Assembly (NCBI RefSeq): GCF_032444005.1
Contig: NC_091284.1
Span: forward strand, 151,776,001-151,840,000
Direction: 5' to 3'
DNA: 64,000 nt
Source of the DNA: Ranitomeya imitator
Lineage: Eukaryota
Below, piece by piece: positions 50,064-63,610 of this stretch. Position 1 is the first letter of the stretch. Every line of letters starts with the position of its first letter. Position numbers and translations under genes: made by a program. The notes under the pieces were generated by a model. That model was not told where the DNA came from. It was given only the letters and a program-made list of their open reading frames with translations, and searched no databases.

Positions 50064-51677
50064 CAGTACAGACCAAAAAGTTTGGACACACCTTCTCATT
50101 CGAAGATTTTTCTGTATTTTCATGACTATGAAAATTGTACATTCACACTGAAGGCATTAAAATTATGAATTAACACATGTGGAATTATATACTTAACAAA
50201 AAAGTGTGAAACAACTGAAAATATGTCTTATATTCTAGGTTCTTCAAAGTAGCCCCCTTTTGCTTTGATTACTGCTTTGCACACTCTTGGCATTCTCTTG
50301 ATGAGCTTCAAGAGGTAGTCACCAGAAATGGTCTTCCAACAATCTTGAAGGAGTTGCCAGAGATGCTTAGCACTTGTTGGCCCTTTTGCCTTCACTCTGC
50401 GGTCCAGCTCACCCCAAACCATCTCGATTGGGTTCAGGTCTGGTGACTCTGGAGGCCAGGTCATCTGGTGTAGCACCCCATCACCCTACTTCTTGGTCAA
50501 ATAGCCCTTACACTGCCTGAAGGATTGTTTGGGGCCATTGTCCTTTAGAAAAATAAATGATGGTCCAACTAAACGCAAAACGGATGGAATAGCATGCCGC
50601 TGCAAGATGCTGTGGTAGCCATGCTGGTTCAGTATGCCTTCAATTTTAAATAAATCCCCAACAGTGTCATCAGCAAAGCACCCCCACACCATCACACCTC
50701 CTCCTCCATGCTTCACAGTGGGAACCAGGCATGTAGAGTCCATCCGTTCACCTTTTCTGCGTCACACAAAGATACGGTCGTTGGAACCAAAGATCTCAGA
50801 CCAAAGCACAGATTTCCACTGGTCTAATGTCCATTCCTTGTGTTCTTTAGCCCAAACAAGTCTCTTCTGCTTGTTGCCTGTCCTTAGCAGGGGTTTCCTA
50901 GCAGCTATTTTACCATGAAGGCCTGCTGCACAAAGTCTCTCTTAACAGTTGTTGTAGAGATGTGTCTGCTGCTAGAACTCTGTGTGGCATTGACCTGGTC
51001 TCTAATCTGAGCTGCTGTTAACCTGCGATTTCTGAGGCTGGTGACTCGGATAAACTTATCCTCAGAAGCAGAGGTGACTCTTGGTCTTTCTTTCCTGGGG
51101 CGGTCCTCATGTGAGACAGTTTCTTTGTAGCGCTTGATGATTTTTGCAACTGCACTTGGGGACACTTTCAAAGTTTTCTTAATTTTGAGGACTGACTGAC
51201 CTTCATTTCTTAAAGTAATGATGGCCACTCGTTTTTCTTTACTTAGCTGCTTTTTTCTTGCCATAATACAAATTCTAACAGTCTATTCAGTAGGACTATC
51301 AGCTGTGTATCCACCAGACTTCTGCTCAACACAACTGATGGTCCCAACCCCATTTATAAGGCAAGAAATCCCACTTATTAAACCTGACAGGGCACACCTG
51401 TGAAGTGAAAACCATTCCCCATGACTACCTCATGAAGCTCATCAAGAGAATGCCAAGAGTGTGCAAAGCAGTCATAAAGCAAAAGGTGGCTACTTTGAAG
51501 AACCTAGAATATAAGACATATTTTCAGTTGTTTCACACTTTTTTGTTAAGTATATAATTTCACATGTGTTAATTCATAGTTTTGATGCCTTCAGTGTGAA
51601 TGTACAATTTTCATAGTCATGAAAATACAGAAAAATCTTCGAATGAGAAGGTGTGTCCAAACTTTTGGTCCGTATTG
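50064..51677 (-). mobile_element. Tc1 element with ~270-bp TIRs, decayed transposase (51264-50228)
   Basis: TA-CAGTACAGACCAAAAAGTTTGG...CCAAACTTTTGGTCCGTATTG-TA. Fragments read [29 protein letters not shown]. Confidence 0.93.
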
Positions 51678-53029
51678 TATGTATGTAACTGTCACCAACC
51701 TTCACCATTAATCCCCTAAACAGGGATCTGTACTTAAAATGCGGTCCATTGGATTATTTCCATAGAAAAGCTTCTATCTGGAGGAGTGAACCAGAGGCAA
51801 GAAAATAGTCGAATAACTAAATCAGAAAGAGATCGATGTAGAGACAAAATCGTAATGAATGAGAATAGTCAAAAATCAAGCTGAATTCATAAATCACGCC
51901 TGTCCACTGGGAGAATAGCAAGGTACAAGTTACACAAAAGCAGATCTGCTTATAATTAGCTGTGGAGAGTAGGATTTTAGGATCTTAAATAGCTTGCAGC
52001 CCCACCCAAACAAGACAGCGGTTAACACTATGTCTCCCACTATGGATGGAACTACAAAAGAACTGTTATCCTACATTCAGGGACGCCATCAGGGCGTTAC
52101 TGCTCTTACTGATGTATAAAGCCTGAAATGGGCCCCCACTCCTCTTTCTATTTCTGATCACTGAGCCCCAGCAGCAGGATTCTGCCTGTTCAGTAACTGA
52201 ACATGTATACTCACTTTAAATTCATTGCCGTGCAGGAAGCTGGTGACTTGACGCACTACAACCGTTAGCAGCTGCCTGCAAATTACATTGCCATGTGCCT
52301 CAGATGGATGGGGGAGACAACATGGGGGAAGAACTGAGACAACATGGGGGCAGAATGGAGGCAACATTTGGGCAGAATGGACACACATGGGGGTTGGATG
52401 GAGACACTTGAGGTCAGGATGGAGACATATGTGGGCAGAATGAAGTCACATTGGGCCAGGATGGAGACATATAGAGCCAGGAATGGGAGAACACAAGGTG
52501 CCAGGAATGAGACATATGTGTTCCAGAATGAAATACATATGTGACCAATATGTGGGACATTATTACTGTAGGGCCTAATTCAGGGATATTACAACTGCCA
52601 CCTGTTACCCTGTTACTGTGCAGGGCGAAACTATGACTCTTTTTTTTCTTCAACTGGTGTGTGTAGCTGTTGGGGAAAAATTGGAGAATTTGCACAGGAA
52701 CCGGTGCTCTAGACAACTATATGCTACTTTCTACTGAAACATGTCCTGGATGGAAGAAATACTGGTGGTATGTGCTGAATGAAGATGAAGGACTTCAACT
52801 AAAGACGTCACCGGTGAGACAGTGTGTACACTTTTCGCTTACAGTATACACTATATACTATATACAGAGCTCCTGTGTATAATGACACTGGTGATCCCTA
52901 TCTTGCCTGTACACTGACACTATATGCAGAACTCCTGTGTATTATGTCACTGGTGATCACTGTATTATCTGTACACTGAAACAATACACTGCCTATCATG
53001 TACAGAGTTCCAGCATATAATGGTATTAT

Positions 53030-54130
53030 TTCAGTCACTATGTGGTGGTAATATGTGGTCTGGTCTTACTGTGGTGAAATGTTTTCCTTGTATGTGATAG
53101 TATTCGGTCACTATGTGGTGGTAATATGGGGTCTGCTCATGGTGTGGTGGTATTTGTTCCTTGTATGTGGTATTATTCAGTCACTATATGGTGATAGTAC
53201 AGTGGGGGAAATAAATATTTGATCCCTTCCTGATTTTGTAAGTTTGCCCACTGACAAAGACATGAACAGTCTGCTATTGCACCAACAGTTGTCTCCTTCT
53301 CATCCAGCGTCTTACTTATGGTTTTGTAGCCTATTCCAGCTTTGTGCAGGTCTATGATCTTGTCCCTGACATCCTTATAAAGCTCTTTGGTCTTTAATGC
53401 AGGTAACAAGTTGATTAGGAGCATCTAACTGGTCTATAGGAGCCAGAACTCTTAATGGTTGGTAGGGGATCAAATACTTATTTCTCACTGCAAAATGCAA
53501 ATATATTTATGTAATATATACAATGTGATTTTATATTCTATCTATCAAAGTTAAAATTAACCTACCCTTCAAACTATAGACTGTTCAAGTCTTCATCAGT
53601 GGTCAAACTTACAAAATCAGGAAGGGATCAAATATTTATTTTCCCCACTGTATGTGGTCTGGTCATGTTATTGCGGTATTTGTTCCTTGTATGTGGCATT
53701 ATTTGGCCACTATGTGGTGTAATATATGGTCTGGCCATGGTGTGGCAGTATCTGTCTCTTGCATGTGGTATTATTTGGTCTCTATATGGTGGTACTATGT
53801 GGTCTGGTCATGGTGTGGTGCTATTTGTCCCTTCTATTTGTTATTATTCAGTCACTAGTTGGTATTATTCAGTGGTCTCGCCATGGTGTGGTGGTATTTG
53901 ATCCCTTGTATGTGGTATAATTCGGTCACTATGTGGTGGTAATATGTGTTCAGGTCATAGTGTGGCGGTACTTGTCCCTTGTACATGGTATTATTCAGTC
54001 ACTATATGGTATTATTCAGTGGTCCGGCCGGGGTGTGGCAGCATTTTTCCCTTGTCTGTGGTAATATTTGATCACTATGTGGTGGTAATATGTAATCTAG
54101 TCATGGTGTGGCGATATTTGTCCTTTGTAT
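53030..54130 (+). repeat. ~70-75-bp TG-rich minisatellite interrupted by a Tc1 derivative
   Basis: Recurrent TATTATTCAGTCACTATGTGGTGGTAATATGTGGTCTGGTCATGGTGTGG...CCTTGTATGTGG. Confidence 0.85.
53200..53650 (-). mobile_element. Internally deleted Tc1 derivative, 451 bp (family of 34297-36907)
   Basis: TA-CAGTGGGGGAAATAA...TTATTTTCCCCACTG-TA. Retains only the N-terminal [19 protein letters not shown] codons. Confidence 0.88.
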
Positions 54131-55601
54131 GTGGTATTATTGGTCATTTTCAAAAATGCATGCAACATATTCCGTTAAATAAAAATAAATAAAAAGAGAC
54201 CTAAAAAGAGTATTGGATATTTTAAGAAATGTTTAATAGGTTAGAGTAGAGTGGAGCCCTGCAAAAAGAGTCTACTTTGTCGTGGTGGCGGCTTAAAACA
54301 TCTTTTTACCAAAACAGAAGCTGATGGCTCTGTATGTGATATGGTGTTCAATGGGAACTATTAATGTGTGATTGGTGAGGACAAGGTGCAGAAGTGGAGT
54401 TTTTACAAGAGTGAACGGTGAGACTGTGAAAGGTTCAAGGGGTGGAGCTCAAGAGGGACCAAAAATTTTGCCTGTATGGGGCCCTGAATTTCCTGGTGGC
54501 AGCTCTGCCTGCATTGCCCATAAAAAAGGCGCAGTACCACCTGGTGACAGAAGCAGAGGCAGGAAGGGCAGGCACTGATACAGATGTCACAATTAAAGTC
54601 TAATGTTCCTAGACATTCAAAAAAAAAAACCTAAACTCAGTCATTTTTCAAAATCCCCATTTTGAAATATGCTGTGAAAATTGATGTACATCTGCTGATG
54701 TAAGATCTGTACAGACCCCCAAATATAATGCATCATATATTCTCTTCTGCCCATATTAGAGAAATCATGGGTTTCCTCATCCTGAAGAATTGGCATGTGA
54801 TTGCATCCTTCACACCCAGATAAGTTATGCTCCTAAATAAGTGTATATGAAATGAAGACTTGTGGGGTCAGCAGTAGGGTTGAGCGAAACGGATCGGTCA
54901 TTGTCATAAGTCGCCGACTTTTGGCAAAGTCGGGTTTCATGAAACCCGACCCGATCCCAGTGTGAGATCGGCCATGCGGTACGCGATCTTCGCGCCAAAG
55001 TCGCGTTTCATATGACGCGTTCAGCGCCATTTCTCAGCCAATGAAGGTGGACGCAGAGTGTGGGCAGCGTGATGACATAGGTCTCAGTCCCCACCATCTT
55101 AGAGAAGGGCATTACAGTGATTGGCTTGCTTTCTGCGGCGTCACAGGGGCTATAAAGGGGCGTTCCCGCCGACCGCCATCTTACTGCTGCTGATCTGAGC
55201 ATAGGGAGAGGTTGCTGCCGCTTCGTCAGAAGCAGGGATAGCGTTAGGCAGGGTACATTAACCCCTAAACCGCTTGTGCTGTAGTGATTTCCACTGTCCA
55301 ACACCACCTTTTCTTAGCAGGGACAGTGGAGGCAAGATTTGTCTTCATCAGCTCTGTAGCTTATTGGGCTGCCCTAGAAGGCTCCCTGATAGCTGCATTG
55401 CTGTTTGTACACCGCTGTGCAAACCAACTGCTTTTTTCAAAGCACAAATCCTGTTGCTCCTTCCTTTCTGCACAGCTATCTTGTTTGTTTGTCCACACTT
55501 TTGAGTGCAGCAGTCCTTTTTATTGCTGCCTGCCATACTTTTCTGAGATTACTGTAGGGAGATAGTAATTGTAGTTCAGCCCCCCCTTTTTTTGTTATAT
55601 A

Positions 55602-57208
55602 CAGTGGGGCAAAAAAGTATTTAGTCAGTCAGTAATAGTGCAAGTTCCACCACTTAAAAAGATGAGAGGCGTCTGTAATTTACATCATAGGTAGACCTCA
55701 ACTATGGGAGACAAACTGAGAAAAAAAAATCCAGAAAATCACATTGTCTGTTTTTTTAACATTTTATTTGCATATTATGGTGGAAAATAAGTATTTGGTC
55801 TGAAACAAAATTTCTTCTCAATACTTTGTAATATATCCCTTGTTGGCAATGACAGAGGTCAAACGTTTTCTGTAAGTCTTCACAAGGTTGCCACACACTG
55901 TTGTTGGTATGTTGGCCCATTCCTCCATGCAGATCTCCTCTAGAGCAGTGATGTTTTTGGCTTTTCGCTTGGCAACACGGACTTTCAACTCCCTCCAAAG
56001 GTTTTCTATAGGGTTGAGATCTGGAGACTGGCTAGGCCACTCCAGGACCTTGAAATGCTTCTTATGAAGCCACTCCTTCGTTGCCCTGGTGGTGTGCTTT
56101 GGATCATTGTCATGTTGAAAGACCCAGCCACGTTTCATCTTCAATGCCCTTGCTGATGGAAGGAGGTTTGCACTCAAAATCTCACGATACATGGCCCCAT
56201 TCATTCTTTCATGTACCTGGATCAGTCGTCCAGGCCCCTTTGCAGAGAAACAGCCCCAAAGCATGATGTTTCCACCACCATGCTTTACAGTAGGTATGGT
56301 GTTTGATGGATGCAACTCAGTATTCTTTTTCCTCCAAACACGACAAGTTGTGTTTCTACCAAACAGTTCCAGTTTGGTTTCATCAGACCATAGGACATTC
56401 TCCCAAAACTCCTCTGGATCATCCAAATGCTCTCTAGCAAACTTCAGACGGGCCCAGACATGTACTGGCTTAAGCAGTGGGACACGTCTGGCACTGCAGG
56501 ATCTGAGTCCATGGTGGCGTAGTGTGTTACTTATGGTAGGCCTTGTTACATTGGTCCCAGCTCTCTGCAGTTTATTCACTGGGTCCCCCCGCGTGGTTCT
56601 GGGATTTTTGCTCACCGTTCTTGTGATCATTCTGACCCCACGGGGTGGGATTTTGCGTGGAGCCCCAGATCGAGGGAGATTATCAGTGGTCTTGTATGTC
56701 TTCCATTTTCTAATTATTGCTCCCACTGTTGATTTCTTCACTCCAAGCTGGTTGGCTATTGCAGATTCAGTCTTCCCAGCCTGGTCTAGGGCTACAATTT
56801 TGTTTCTGGTGTCCTTTGACAGCTCTTTGGTCTTCACCATAGTGGAGTTTGGAGTCAGACTGTTTGAGGGTGTGCACAGGTGTCTTTTTATACTGATAAC
56901 AAGTTTAAACAGGTGCCATTACTACAGGTAATGAGTGGAGGAAAGAGGAGACTCTTAAAGAAGAAGTTACAGGTCTGTGAGAGCCAGAAATCTTGATTGT
57001 TTGTTTCTGACCAAATACTTATTTTCCACCATAATATGCAAAAAAAATGATAAAAAAACAGACAATGTGATTTTCTGGATTTTTTTTTTCTCAGTTTGTC
57101 TCCCATAGTTGAGGTCTACCTATGATGTAGATTACAGACGCCTCTCATCTTTTTAAGTGGTGAAACTTGCACTATTGCTGACTGACTAAATACTTTTTTG
57201 CCCCACTG
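55602..57208 (-). mobile_element. Tc1 element, 1607 bp, with an intact ORF
   Basis: TA-CAGTGGGGCAAAAAAGTATTTAGTCAG...CTGACTAAATACTTTTTTGCCCCACTG-TA with ~200-bp TIRs. Confidence 0.96.
55818..56840 (-). CDS. Tc1 transposase, 340 aa, DD34E, uninterrupted
   Basis: Paired-like N-terminus, [30 protein letters not shown]; 34 residues between the second D and E. Confidence 0.95.
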   Translation of the reverse strand: MVKTKELSKDTRNKIVALDQAGKTESAIANQLGVKKSTVGAIIRKWKTYKTTDNLPRSGAPRKIPPRGVRMITRTVSKNPRTTRGDPVNKLQRAGTNVTRPTISNTLRHHGLRSCSARRVPLLKPVHVWARLKFAREHLDDPEEFWENVLWSDETKLELFGRNTTCRVWRKKNTELHPSNTIPTVKHGGGNIMLWGCFSAKGPGRLIQVHERMNGAMYREILSANLLPSARALKMKRGWVFQHDNDPKHTTRATKEWLHKKHFKVLEWPSQSPDLNPIENLWRELKVRVAKRKAKNITALEEICMEEWANIPTTVCGNLVKTYRKRLTSVIANKGYITKY

Positions 57209-57214
57209 TATCTT

Positions 57215-57860
57215 CAAGCCACTTTCTGCCACAGGAAATGTATTCAAATACAGTGGCCCTGATTTATTCACTAGTCTCCCTGAAAAAATGAGAAAGTGGG
57301 AGATTAAGATTGGCAAATCTGCATCTGTGCCAGTCCTGTCTGTGGCATCTGTCTGTCATTTTCTGCCACAGAAAATATACTGTATTACAGTGGGCCTGAT
57401 TTCTTCACTATTCTCCCTGAAAAAAATGAAAAAGTGGGAGATTAAGATTGGCAAATCTGCATCTGTGCCAGTCCTGTCTGTGGCATCTGTCTGTCCTTTT
57501 CTGCCACAGAAAATATACTGTATTACAGTGGGCCTGATTTCTTCACTATTCTCCCTGAAAAAATGAAAAAGTGGGAGATTAAGATTGGCAAATCTGCATC
57601 TGTGCCAGTCCTGTCTGTGGCATCTGTCTGTCCTTTTCTGCCACAGAAAATATACTGTATTACAGTGGGCCTGATTTCTTCACTATTCTCCCATACCAAA
57701 TAAAAAAGTGGGAGATTAAGATTGGCAAATCTGCATCTGTGCCAGTCCTCTCTGTGGCATCTGTCTGTCATTTTCTGCTACAGAAAATATACTGTATTAC
57801 AGAGGGCCTGATTTCTTCACTATTCTCCCAGAAAAAATAAAAAGGGGTAGATTTTTATTG
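57215..57860 (+). repeat. ~137-bp tandem array (about 4.5 copies), hAT left subterminal region
   Basis: AGATTAAGATTGGCAAATCTG recurs at 57301, 57439, 57576 and 57713. Confidence 0.92.
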
Positions 57861-57914
57861 GCAGTGTGTGCATCTGCGTCAGTCCTGTTAGTGGCATATC
57901 TGTCTGCCACTTAA

Positions 57915-58580
57915 AGGGCCACTGTCACCCCCCTCTAGCCGTTATAAACTAAAAGAGCCACCTTGTGCAGCAGTAATGCTGCATTCTAACAAGGTGGCTC
58001 TTTTAGTTTTTGTTTCTGTTATTCCCACAATAAATGTATTTATAATTTCGCTGAAATACCTATCTTTGTCCATGGAGGCGGGACTGAAGCCTCCTCTTAG
58101 AAGCGCCCAACTGCCGTCAGTCATCTCTTGTGTAGATTTTCGCCGCCCCCTCAGCACTGTTATTGTGTGAATTCCGGCGCCTGCGCTCTGCTCTTCTGCC
58201 TTGCGCAGGCGCATAGAGCATTTGCCGTCCTAGCGCTGGTGCCGGGTTCTGTTTTGCACCTGTGCGGGCAGTGCGGCCACCCTGTTACTGAATCCCCGCC
58301 CAGCACTGTGTTATGCATTATGCACAGTGTGGGGCTGAGATTCCTGGGCATGCGCACTGCGCTTCTCAGACGCTCCCCAGGTCCCCCGCCTTTCAGCGTT
58401 GCCGGAATATAAAGGTATCCTTGCCGGCGTTTGGAACAGCGGCACAGAACAACGCTGGAAGGCGGGGGACCTGTGGAGCATCTGACAAGTGCAGTGCGCA
58501 TGCCCAGGAATCCCAGCCCCGCACTGTGCATACTGCATAACACAGTGCGGGGCGGCCTGATTTTCCCTGCAGTCTCACCC
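57915..58580. mobile_element. T2/Kolobok-type MITE, right end unresolved
   Basis: TTAA|AGGGCCACTGTCACC start; internal inverted repeat at ~58303-58362 / ~58491-58547. Confidence 0.55.
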
Positions 58581-58622
58581 ACCTATAAAAGGGTTTGTTT
58601 GTTTGGTTACATTTTTCAAACA

Positions 58623-61600
58623 ATGAGGAAGTCTGGTGGAAGAGGTCGTGGCCGTGGGCGGTCATTGCCAGCTGGTAATGATGGTAGTGGTGGTGGAGCA
58701 TCAGGTGGTCGTGGGAAAAGCAATATAGCACCTAAGTCGAGTTGTTGAGCCAGCATCATCGTCTGGCTACACAAGGCCTCGAACGCTCCCTTTTCTGGGA
58801 GTAGGAAAACCGCTTTTATAGCCGGAGCAGCAGGAACAAGTTTTGGCTTTCCTTGCTGACTTTGCCTCTAGCTCTTTCGCCTCCTCTTCGGAAAGTGCAA
58901 AATGTAAAAGCAGCGCGTCGTCAGTGGATGTTCCCGGTCAGGGACAAGTCGCTTCCTTGTCTTCTTCACCCAGAACAACAGAGAAGGATGCGTCAGGCGA
59001 CACAACGGGTTACTCCATGGAGCTCTTTACACATACCGTTCCTGGGTTAGAAAGGGAAATTGTTAACAGGCCATGCCCATTACAAGATGAATCAGACATG
59101 GCGTGCACAGATGCACAACCACAGCCAGATTACTATGCTGTTCCTTTGACTCAGATCAGAACATTGCCCTCGCAGTGTACTGATCCAGAATCTGACCCTG
59201 ATGAGACTATGGAGCCCCGTCACGAACGCTATAGCACCGGTTAACACAGTGACACAGAGGAAGGTTCACAGGACATAGAAGAGGAGGTCATAGATGACCC
59301 AGTTGTTGACCCCGATTGGCAGCCATTGGGGGAACAGGGTGCAGGTGGCAGAAGCTCTGAAGCGGAGGAGGAGGAGGAGCAGCAGCAGCAGCAGCATCGC
59401 AGCAGGTTCCATCTGGCAGGCCTGTATCTGGCCAAAAACGTGTGGCAAAACCAAAACTAGTTGTAGGACAGCGTGGCCATCCGGTTAAAGAAGCTCAGTC
59501 TGCAATGCCTGAAAAGGTATCCGAAGAAGAGTGCAGTCTGGCATTTTTTTTAAACAAGATCCAAATGATCAGCACAAAGTCATGTGTAAAAAATGCTCAA
59601 GGACCTTCAGCAGAGGTCAGAATGTAAAAAATCTAAATACAATTTGCATGCGTAGACATTTAACCACCATGCACTTGCAAGCCTGGGCTAACTACCAAAC
59701 GTCCCTTAACGTTGTAGCACCCTCTCACAATGAAGCTAGTCATCAATGCTACATCCCTTCCCTCACTGTAAGCCCACCATTTACCACACCACCTGCAGTA
59801 AAATGTGGAGGTTTCGTCGCAAGGCCAAAGCAGTCAGGGAATCACCAGTTTCGTGTTAGGAAAGACTGTATGTAGGGCACCAGCAAGAATACCATCACCA
59901 ACCCTCTCTCAGTCTGCCATGTCCACCGGCACCCCCGCTAGTTCCACCATATGCAGCTCTCCAGTCCAACTCACCCTACATGAGACTCTTGTTAGGAAAA
60001 GGAAGTACTCATCCTCGCATCCGCGTACACAGGGTTTGAACGCCCACATTGCTAGACTAATCTCGTTAGAGATGATGCCCTACAGGTTAGTTGAAAGCGA
60101 AGCTTTCAAAGCCCTGATGGACTACGCTGTACCACGCTACGAGCTACCCAGTCGACACTTCTTTTCGAGAAAAGCCATCACAGCCCTCCACCAGCATGTA
60201 AAAGACCGCATTATCCATGCACTCAGGCAATCTGTGAGTACAAAGGTGCACCTGACAACAGATGCATGGACCAGTAGGCATGGCCAGGGGCGTTACTTCT
60301 CCATCACGGCACACTGGGTTAATGTGGTGGATGCAGGGTCCACAGGGGACAGCAATATTGGGACAGTTCTGCCTAGCCCACAGTCTAGGAAACAGTTGGC
60401 TGTAGGCGTTCGCCCCCCCTCCTCCTCGTCCTCCAGCAGAAGCGAGAGCTCGTCCACAGACTGCAGTCGCACGACCACTCCATCCGCAGCTGTCACTGTT
60501 GCACACGAGGTGTCCCATTATGGAACAGCTAGTGGCAAGCGTCAGCAGGCTGTATTGGCAATGAAATGTTTGGGAGACAACAGACACACCGCGGAAGTTC
60601 TCTCAGAGTTCTTGCAGCAAGAAACTCAGTCATGGCTGGGCACTGTACATCTTGAGGCAGGCAAGGTAGTGAGTGATAACGGAAGGAAGTTTATGGCTGC
60701 CATAGCCCTTTCAGAACTGAAACACATTCCTTGCCTGGCTCACACCTTAAACCTGGTGGTGCAGTGCTTCCTGAAAAGTTATCCGGGGTTACCCGACCTG
60801 CTCCTCAAAGTGCGCAGACTTTGCTCGCACATCTGCCGTTCGCCCGTACACTCCAGCCATATGCAGAACCATCAGCGGTCTTTGAACCTTCCCCAGCATC
60901 GCCTAATCATCGAAGTTGCAACAAGGTGGAACTCCACACTGCACATGAAGTTGTCGAAGCTACAAGACCTGTGTCAAGTTCTTCAGTGTTTTGAGGAATG
61001 CACACGGCTGGTTAGTGCAGACAACGCCATAATAAGCATGAGCATCCCCCTAATGCATCTGCTGATGCAAAGCTTGACGCACATAAAGGAGCAGGCGTCT
61101 GCAGCCGAGGACGAGGGAAGCCTTGACGACAGTCACCCATTGTCTGGTCAGGTAAGTCTACAGGACGAGGTGGCGGGTGAAGAGGAGGAGGACGAGGAGG
61201 ATGATGGGGATGAGTATTTTTTGGATGAGGAAGCTTCTCAGGGGGCAATAGAAACTGGTGGCGTTGCAAGGCCGGGTTCAGGGTTTTTGAGGGAGAGAAG
61301 TGATGTTGATTTGCCAGAAAGTGCTCCTCAACCCAGCACAAGCACAGATTTGACAACTGGAACACTGGCCCACATGGCGGATTATGCCTTGCGTATCCTC
61401 AAAAGGGACCCACGCATTATAAAAATGATGACCGATGACGATTACTGGTTGGCCTGCCTCATTGATCCTCGCTATAAAGGCAAATTGCAAAATATCATGC
61501 CACATGAGAACCTTGAACAAATATTGGCAACCAAACAAGCAACTCTTGTAGACCGTTTGATTCAGGCATTCCCAGCACACAGCGCCGGTGATGGTTCTCA

Positions 61601-62065
61601 CACGAGCTGCAGGGGGCAACGGGGCAGAGGTGTTAGAGGTGCACAAATCAGAAGTGGCGTTGGACAGAGGGGTTTTCTGACCAGGTTGTGGAGTGATTTC
61701 GCAATGACCGCAGACAGGACAGGTACTGCAGCTTCAATTCAAAGTGACAGGAGACAACATTTGTCCAGTATGGTTACTAACTAATTCTCAACCCTTATCG
61801 ATGTCCTCCCTCAACCGTCATTCCCATTTGATTACTGGGCATCAAAAATAGACACCTGGTCTGAATTGGCCGAATATGCATTGCAGGAGCTTGCTTGCCC
61901 AGCAGCTAGGGTGCTATCAGAAAGAGTATTCAGTGCTGCTGGTTCAATACTGACCAAAAAAGGACTCGTCTGGCTACCCAAAATGTTGATGATCTAACCT
62001 TCATTAAAATGAACCACTCATGGATTTCTAACTATTTTTCCCCACCTTTCCCGGCTGACACCTAG
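58623..62065 (+). pseudogene. hAT transposase with BED zinc finger, several stops and frameshifts
   Basis: BED finger SAVWHFF...CKKC...MRRHLTTMH; HLTTDAWTS; VSDNG; CLAHTLNL; RWNSTLHM; LIDPRYK; dimerisation domain PFDYW...SERVFSAAG...FIKMN; stop at 62063-65. Confidence 0.92.
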
Positions 62066-62689
62066 CTTTCCTGCAAAAAGGTCATGCTTTTGGACTGGTC
62101 TTACTGACTGTTCCAATCTCTTAATTTGCAGCTGCTGTTTGTCCAGCATACGACATGTTTACACCTCCCTAAATTGGCTAACTCCCCCCACGGGGCCGTG
62201 GTCTCGCCACTTGGCGCAAGCACCCGTGAGAGTGCCGTTTGTCTGAAGAGGTGGGTGTGCCCACTTTTGGTTGACGGTACTGCCACTGGGTCCCTCATAG
62301 TTCAATGAAGTGTCTCTGGCGATGGTGGCGCGCACCCAACGTCAGACACACCGTTGTAACATGAGGGGCCCTGGGCCTGTACCGCCGGCCACGAGAGAGT
62401 GCCCCCCCAGCTCAAACAGTGCTCTACCACTTGCAAAATTATCACAGCTCCACCACTGTTTAGTCTATGTGCTGAAATCCTTCAATGCCTGGCACTGACA
62501 ATACCAATTTGTTGACATCTATGATGCTAGTTAAAATATTCAGGGGCCCTGTTGTACATTTACACCACTAAATACTTTGTGCCAAATTACTATGTCTGAA
62601 AGGCAGCAGAGGAGCCCACCCCTGTACCTAAGTATGCCACCCCTTTTTTTTTGTTTTGTTGTTTTGCGAGACATTAACATTTATTTACT

Positions 62690-63610
62690 TTTTGGGAGTA
62701 CTAACTGTGTCAGACACTCCTTCCAATTGTCCTCCGCTGACCACACCAATGCTGCCTGTGCACCTCTGCAACATAATTCTAACTGCATTGAGCCTAATTT
62801 TTTTATTTTAGGCCTACTAATTCTGTCTGCGGTCCCTCCTTCCTATTGTCCTCCGCTGACCACACCAATGCTGCCTATGTACCCCTGGAACCTAATTAAA
62901 AGTGCATAGAGCCTACTTTTTTTATTATAGGCCTACTAAGTCTGTCTGCGGTCCCTCCTTCCAATAGTCCTCCGCTGACCACACCAATGCTGCCTGTGTA
63001 CCCGTGCAACATAATTCTAACTGCTTTGAGCCTAATTTTTTTATTTTAGGCCTACTATGTCTGTCTGTGGTCCCTCCTTCCAATTGTCCTCCACTGACCA
63101 CACCAATGCTGCCTGTGTACCCCTACCACATAATCAAAGCTGCATTGAGCCTATTTTGTTATTTTAGGCCTAATCAGTATGTCTGTGGTCCCTCTTTCCA
63201 ATAGTCCTTCACTTACCACACCAATGCTACCTGTGTACCCCTGGAACCTAATTAAAAGTGCATAGAGCCTACTTTTTTATTTTAGGCCTACTAAGTCTGT
63301 CTGCGGTCCCTCCTTCCAATTGTCCTCCACTGACCACACCAATGCTACCTGTGTACCCCTGGAACCTATTTAAAAGTGCATAGAGCCTACTTTTTTTATT
63401 TTAGGCCCACTAAGTCTGTCTGCGGTCCCTCCTTCCAATAGTCCTCCGCTGACCACACCAATGCTGCCTGTGTACCCCTGGAACCTATTTAAAAGTGTAT
63501 AGAGCCTACTTTTTTTATTTTAGGCCTACTAAGTCTGTCTGCGGTCTCTCCTTCCAATAGTCCTCCACTGACCACACCAATGCTGCCCATGTACCCATGT
63601 AACCTTTTTT
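62690..63610 (+). repeat. ~118-bp tandem array (about 8 copies), hAT right subterminal region
   Basis: CTGGAACCTA recurs at 63241, 63359 and 63478; every unit contains GACCACACCAATGCTGCCTGTG. Confidence 0.92.

Larger units (their letters stand above)
52078..54507. mobile_element. Non-autonomous hAT element, 2430 bp
   Basis: TIR CAGGGACGCCATCAGG / CCTGGTGGCAGCTCTG; 8-bp TSD CCTACATT / CCTGCATT. Confidence 0.8.

Noticed and set aside
54721-54840. Candidate upstream sulfatase exon (minus-strand TTATTTAG acceptor-like)
   Set aside because: No frame resembles the DDLG or CxPSR exons.
56191-56931. 246-aa antisense ORF
   Set aside because: Shadow frame of the Tc1 transposase.
59805-61784. 659-aa hAT ORF as a domesticated ZBED-like gene
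   Set aside because: It is cut off from its BED finger by a frameshift and from the dimerisation domain by a stop, has an internal deletion, and is still inside TIR and subterminal arrays.
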